IMG/VR virus record: IMGVR_UViG_3300034272_001354
Location: 12,983 to 76,982 of that record
Length of the DNA: 64,000 nt
From: a virus
Reading direction: 5' to 3' (one strand)
Made by a program: the position numbers and the translations under genes
Part shown: positions 60,607-64,000 of the stretch, piece after piece
Position numbering within the stretch: the first letter of the stretch is position 1
Layout: each line of letters starts with the position of its first letter
The notes under the pieces: generated by a model
What the model was told of the DNA's origin: nothing
What the model saw: the letters and a program-made list of their open reading frames with translations, nothing else
Database searches by the model: none

Positions 60607-60678
60607 TACCCTCAATAGGACTCGAACCTATATCAAAACATTAGAAGTGTCTTATTCTATCCCTTGAACTATGAAGGC
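60607..60678 (-). tRNA. tRNA-Arg(TCT)
   Basis: GCCTTCA/TGAGGGT, loop CTTCTAA. Confidence 0.88.
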
Positions 60679-60685
60679 AATTTTG

Positions 60686-60757
60686 AGCGAATAGAGAGAA
60701 TCGAACTCTCGTCTCCAACTTGGAAGGATGGAGTAATAACCACTATACGATATTCGC
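60686..60757 (-). tRNA. tRNA-Gly(TCC)
   Basis: GCGAATA/TATTCGC, U73, loop CTTCCAA. Confidence 0.88.
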
Positions 60758-60839
60758 AGATTTGGGTAGAATCAGACGCGTTCTGTCTACCGGGACCTCG
60801 TCGTTAACTTTCGTCAGAGCGTACCGAGACACTTTTTCA

Positions 60840-61010
60840 TTATCTAGATTGGAGAATCCCCATCTCTTTTTCGATTCTTTTCTTGTCAGAATCTGTTAAT
60901 GGAACTTTTACGTCCCTTGTACCCTTTTGTGTTTTCACACCACTTTTCAATTGGTTCTGTAACATATCAAGTGCTCTTGATTGTCTTGACCTTTTTGCTG
61001 CTGTAGCCAT
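60840..61010 (-). CDS. 56-aa basic protein (absent from ORF track)
   Basis: MATAAKRSRQSRALDMLQNQLKSGVKTQKGTRDVKVPLTDSDKKRIEKEMGILQSR. Confidence 0.55.
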   Translation of the reverse strand: MATAAKRSRQSRALDMLQNQLKSGVKTQKGTRDVKVPLTDSDKKRIEKEMGILQSR

Positions 61011-61032
61011 ACGGATTTAGTTATTAAATTAG

Positions 61033-61105
61033 TAGCGTAGGGCAGGTAACGCTCCTGCTTTGATTGGCTTATGAGACCAATGAGATACTATACCTCCCCC
61101 TCGCG
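61033..61105 (-). tRNA. divergent tRNA-Met(CAT), initiator-like 5' end
   Basis: 5' CGCG with unpaired C1, loop CTCATAA; atypical T loop AGCGTTA; lacks three G-C pairs in the anticodon stem. Confidence 0.55.
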
Positions 61106-61111
61106 ATGTTG

Positions 61112-61224
61112 CTGATTAATAAGGACTCGAACCTTAATCCTGAGTCCCCTTTCAGAACCGACGAAAGCCCAATGCTTTTCGTATTCCTACTCCGTTCCTC
61201 TGTGCACCATTACACCATAATCAA
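61112..61224 (-). ncRNA. tRNA-like RNA with long insertion
   Basis: TGATTA/TAATCA acceptor, GTGT-AATGGT-GCAC D arm, TAAGG-TTCGAGT-CCTTA T arm, no canonical anticodon arm. Confidence 0.55.
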
Positions 61225-61273
61225 TCGTCAGTTTCGAACCTGACAGTCATAGGGTAATTAATCCTATGGTTTG

Positions 61274-61345
61274 CGGTCTATGAGAGAATCGAACTCTCAT
61301 CTCTACCGTGACAGGGTAGCATCCTAGCCGTTGAACGAATAGACC
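61274..61345 (-). tRNA. tRNA-Asp(GTC)
   Basis: GGTCTAT/ATAGACC, G73, loop CTGTCAC. Confidence 0.9.
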
Positions 61346-61349
61346 TTTG

Positions 61350-61421
61350 TGGAGATATAGGGAATCGAACCCTAATTTACGATTTGCAAAACCATTGTAA
61401 TAGCCGTTATACTATATCCCC
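61350..61421 (-). tRNA. tRNA-Ala(TGC)
   Basis: G3.U70 pair, loop TTTGCAA. Confidence 0.88.
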
Positions 61422-61426
61422 AATTG

Positions 61427-61498
61427 TAGCCCCACCGGGAGTCGAACCCGACTTTTTTGGATGAAAACCAAATGTCCTAACCGATAGACGATAGGGCC
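61427..61498 (-). tRNA. tRNA-Glu(TTC)
   Basis: GGCCCTA/TGGGGCT, loop TTTTCAT. Confidence 0.88.
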
Positions 61499-61545
61499 GT
61501 TTTATATTACCAATATTTCAATTAACTTGTTTCTTTTTGATGGTA

Positions 61546-61553
61546 CAAAGATA
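61546..61553 (-). promoter_or_regulatory. Bacteroidota sigma70 -7 element for the tRNA array
   Basis: TATCTTTG on the minus strand with upstream TTTG. Confidence 0.7.
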
Positions 61554-61585
61554 ATACTTTATTTCATTATACCAAACTTTTTTAT

Positions 61586-61615
61586 AAAAAAAAATCCATC
61601 TCTTTTGGAGATGGA
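61586..61615 (-). terminator. intrinsic terminator, candidate attenuator
   Basis: TCCATCTC-CAAAA-GAGATGGA followed by nine T. Confidence 0.8.
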
Positions 61616-61650
61616 CTTAATCTATTATTATTATGTTACTTAACAATACA

Positions 61651-61725
61651 TCATACCATCTCCGACCGAGTTGTATCTCTACCCTCCGCGCCTATTGTAA
61701 GTAATAATGTATTTAAAGTTTGCAT
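61651..61725 (-). CDS. candidate 24-aa leader peptide
   Basis: MQTLNTLLLTIGAEGRDTTRSEMV; TATTTATT motif at 61748-61755 upstream; 3' end complementary to the terminator 5' arm. Confidence 0.5.
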   Translation of the reverse strand: MQTLNTLLLTIGAEGRDTTRSEMV

Positions 61726-61782
61726 TTTCTGTGTTATTGTAATTTCTAATAAATATAGTCCTTTTTTAAAAAGTGTCAAGTA

Positions 61783-62100
61783 TTAATTATTTTTTTTTAT
61801 AATTTCTCCCATAACCGCTGGAATATATTGTTTGTATAACTTAATTTGTTTTAATTTAAGTTCAATCATTTCCTTAATATTGTCTGATAATTTTTTAATT
61901 TTATCATACTCATCCGGAGTTAATAAAAACACTTCTTTTGGTTTTGTATTATATGTCTTCCCTTTAATTGGTCCTGTTAATTCAACAATATCAGTATTTT
62001 CATCATAATAATATGGTGTTAATCCCTGAGATTTAATTTTTGATAAAGTTATTGGTGTGATATCCACATCCAACATTCTTCTATCTATTGTATTTTTCAT
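61783..62100 (-). CDS. hypothetical protein
   Basis: 105-aa ORF. Confidence 0.65.
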   Translation of the reverse strand: MKNTIDRRMLDVDITPITLSKIKSQGLTPYYYDENTDIVELTGPIKGKTYNTKPKEVFLLTPDEYDKIKKLSDNIKEMIELKLKQIKLYKQYIPAVMGEIIKKNN

Positions 62101-62123
62101 ATTGGTAAGATTTATTATTAAAA

Positions 62124-62319
62124 AAAGTTTAACAACCCCGCCCTCGGGTCGTAGCGGGCTACAATGGGAATTCCGGAATTGGTCGTGTTCCTCACCGGCG
62201 TACCAGTCCTTATCTATCCTTTACCGTATTACTACGGTGCTACTGTTGGGAGGTCACCCCTATCAACACGACTAGTCCATTAGTTTTTTAGAGTATGGAC
62301 ACCCCGGTTGTTAAACTTT
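62124..62319 (-). ncRNA. unidentified structured RNA closed by a 14-bp terminal stem
   Basis: AAAGTTTAACAACC/GGTTGTTAAACTTT with nested GTCGTGTT/AACACGAC and ACCGTA/TACGGT helices; GC-rich; strand inferred from operon. Confidence 0.5.
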
Positions 62320-62390
62320 TCAATTCTTCAGGAGAGACCCTCGAGGGATAACCATAACGGAATTACCCTTGACTCACTCTCCGTCTTCTG

Positions 62391-62461
62391 CGCAGACCGT
62401 AGGAATCGAACCTACCCGTAACAGTTTTGGAGACTGTACCGACACCTTGTCTGTGACCTGC
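62391..62461 (-). tRNA. tRNA-Trp(CCA)
   Basis: GCAGGTC/GGTCTGC, G73, loop CTCCAAA. Confidence 0.8.
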
Positions 62462-62533
62462 ATTTTCAATAAACACCCGACCTGACCTGCCAGATAGTAC
62501 GTGTCGTAGCGCTTTCGTTACGTAGCGGGTGTT

Positions 62534-62677
62534 TTATTTATTATATTCAACCATCAGTTCGTTAATATAACCAATCGACTTTGTTTCAAGATTTAAACAC
62601 ATCCCATCACCAATTAGTTTCCAATTGTTAGCGTATAACCAATTTGTAAATCCCAAAATTTCTTTTTCTAATGACAT
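62534..62677 (-). CDS. 47-aa hypothetical protein (absent from ORF track)
   Basis: MSLEKEILGFTNWLYANNWKLIGDGMC...; TATCTTTG promoter at 62700-62707. Confidence 0.5.
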   Translation of the reverse strand: MSLEKEILGFTNWLYANNWKLIGDGMCLNLETKSIGYINELMVEYNK

Positions 62678-62734
62678 AGTTTCTCCGTTTTTATTTCAAC
62701 AAAGATACAACTATTTTTTATTCTGCCAAAATTT

Positions 62735-63241
62735 TTAGAAAAATAAATAATCATTCCATTCTTCAGGAATATAATGAACTTGTTTTATCATCATCAAATA
62801 ATGTGGTCGTCTTGGTTGAGGTATTTCTTTACCATATTCTTCCAATGTCAAGTTTGATTTCTCACTATTACATCTTTTACAAGCAGTTACCAAGTTGTCC
62901 CACGCATCTTTACCTCCCTTAGATTGGGGTATTACGTGGTCTAATGTTAAAGTTTTACGATTGTCACATCCACAATATACACAGGCATAACCATCTCTTC
63001 TATAAACATTCTCCCTACTTAAAGGAACTTTATGAATCGGTTGATTCACATATTTGTAAACCCTAATAATTGAGGGTTTTTTGATATCCAATTCAGGATT
63101 AATCAAACTGAATGATTCCGGATGTTCGGCAATAACACTTGCATTACCCTTATAAGTTATGACAAAAGCCCTTTCAGTGTTTATGATAGACCTTGGCATA
63201 TAACTTGAATCCAAAACCAATGTTTTTCCGTACTTACTCAT
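62735..63241 (-). CDS. HNH endonuclease
   Basis: RDGYACVYCG, TLDHVIPQSKGG, NLVTACKRCN..K. Confidence 0.88.
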   Translation of the reverse strand: MSKYGKTLVLDSSYMPRSIINTERAFVITYKGNASVIAEHPESFSLINPELDIKKPSIIRVYKYVNQPIHKVPLSRENVYRRDGYACVYCGCDNRKTLTLDHVIPQSKGGKDAWDNLVTACKRCNSEKSNLTLEEYGKEIPQPRRPHYLMMIKQVHYIPEEWNDYLFF

Positions 63242-63473
63242 TATTTCTATATGTTTCTATTGGTTCTTTTAGTGGAAATTCCGGATTATCTATTAACCCT
63301 AAAAATTCACACTTTCTTCTTTTTCCTTCAACATCACTAAATCTCCAATCTGTTGTCATATCTACGTTGGATAAATCTCCCATATAAAGAAAAGTTTGTT
63401 TTCTCCACATTGATTCTTTTTTTACTTCACTAAAATATTCAGCACTAAATACTGACCAAGTAACACTACTCAC
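63234..63473 (-). CDS. hypothetical protein
   Basis: 79-aa ORF coupled to the HNH gene. Confidence 0.5.
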   Translation of the reverse strand: MSSVTWSVFSAEYFSEVKKESMWRKQTFLYMGDLSNVDMTTDWRFSDVEGKRRKCEFLGLIDNPEFPLKEPIETYRNNE

Positions 63474-63506
63474 AACTTTTGATTTATTAGTTAAACATTC
63501 TTTTTG

Positions 63507-63578
63507 TTCCCCCGTCAGGAGTTGAACCTGACCCCACTGGTTAAAAGCCAGTTGCCTACACCGGTTTGCTACGGGGGA
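63507..63578 (-). tRNA. tRNA-Lys(TTT)
   Basis: TCCCCCG/CGGGGGA, loop CTTTTAA. Confidence 0.85.
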
Positions 63579-63661
63579 TTATTGAGCTCATTTTACTTTA
63601 ACATTGGGCTCAAATTATACATAATTTGAACTTAATAATCAAAGTTTGTGAGCCACATTTG

Positions 63662-63735
63662 TCGGTACTATAGGAATCGAACCTATAACCTCTCACGTAT
63701 CAGGCGAGTGCTCTAACCAATTGAGCTAAGTACCG
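63662..63735 (-). tRNA. tRNA-Ile(GAT)
   Basis: CGGTACT/AGTACCG, loop CTGATAC. Confidence 0.9.
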
Positions 63736-63740
63736 GGTCG

Positions 63741-63815
63741 TCTAGATGGCAAGATTTGAACTTGCGGTCTCCGTCTTCCAAGGACGGCGAGGACTCCGGG
63801 CTCCTCTACATCTAG
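63741..63815 (-). tRNA. tRNA-Pro(TGG)
   Basis: CTAGATG/CATCTAG, loop CTTGGAA. Confidence 0.85.
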
Positions 63816-63831
63816 TGTTATTATTTTTCTG

Positions 63832-63917
63832 CGGAGAGCAGAATACTCGAAATCCATCCCTTTTACAGAACCACTCTCTTAGCAGGAGGTGACAATACCC
63901 TGATTGTTTTACTCTCC
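63832..63917 (-). tRNA. tRNA-Ser(GCT), divergent
   Basis: GGAGAGT/GCTCTCC, G73, loop CTGCTAA, long variable arm, imperfect T arm. Confidence 0.7.
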
Positions 63918-64000
63918 ATTTTGTAGGATATCGCTTAACCTACGATGTTGATATCATTACACACCTTCGATATTACTATCAGCGATTTTTTTGTGTCCCC

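Noticed and set aside
61227-61244. Isolated T-arm-like hairpin GTCAG-GTTCGAAA-CTGAC (minus strand)
   Set aside because: No accompanying acceptor or D arm, so not called a tRNA
1-64000. Stop-codon reassignment, as in some large Bacteroidota phages
   Set aside because: Core genes are full length in the standard code and no CTA/TTA/TCA-anticodon suppressor tRNA was found

Overview
AT-rich (about 30% GC by eye) segment of a large T4-like (jumbo-type) tailed phage. The host is most likely Bacteroidota: repeated TAnnTTTG -7 promoters, a Flavobacteria-type bS21 and no obvious Shine-Dalgarno sites. Left to right: WYL protein; a ~14 kb glycosylation/nucleotide-sugar cluster (about 8 glycosyltransferases, DegT aminotransferase, GNAT, methyltransferase, dUTPase, PhoH); gp55-like sigma; baseplate genes; minus-strand head module (gp23 capsid, scaffold, gp21 protease, gp20 portal, gp17 terminase) with ribosomal protein bS21; ClpC-like ATPase; tmRNA, SET protein and SmpB; an ~850-nt highly structured ncRNA (GOLLD-like); candidate lysis genes; an RNA end-healing/repair cluster (Rnl1 ligase, kinase, phosphoesterases); and a tRNA array of 13 tRNAs with readable anticodons mixed with aberrant tRNA-like RNAs. 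The least explained signals are: (i) tRNA mimics, including a circularly permuted Y-RNA-like element; (ii) a leader-peptide attenuator directly upstream of the tRNA array; (iii) repeated convergent pairs of a late, putatively capsid-targeted OmpA-domain protein and an early secreted small protein; (iv) a complete phage trans-translation set with a non-canonical tag. All calls come from reading motifs by eye; no searches or folding programs were run.
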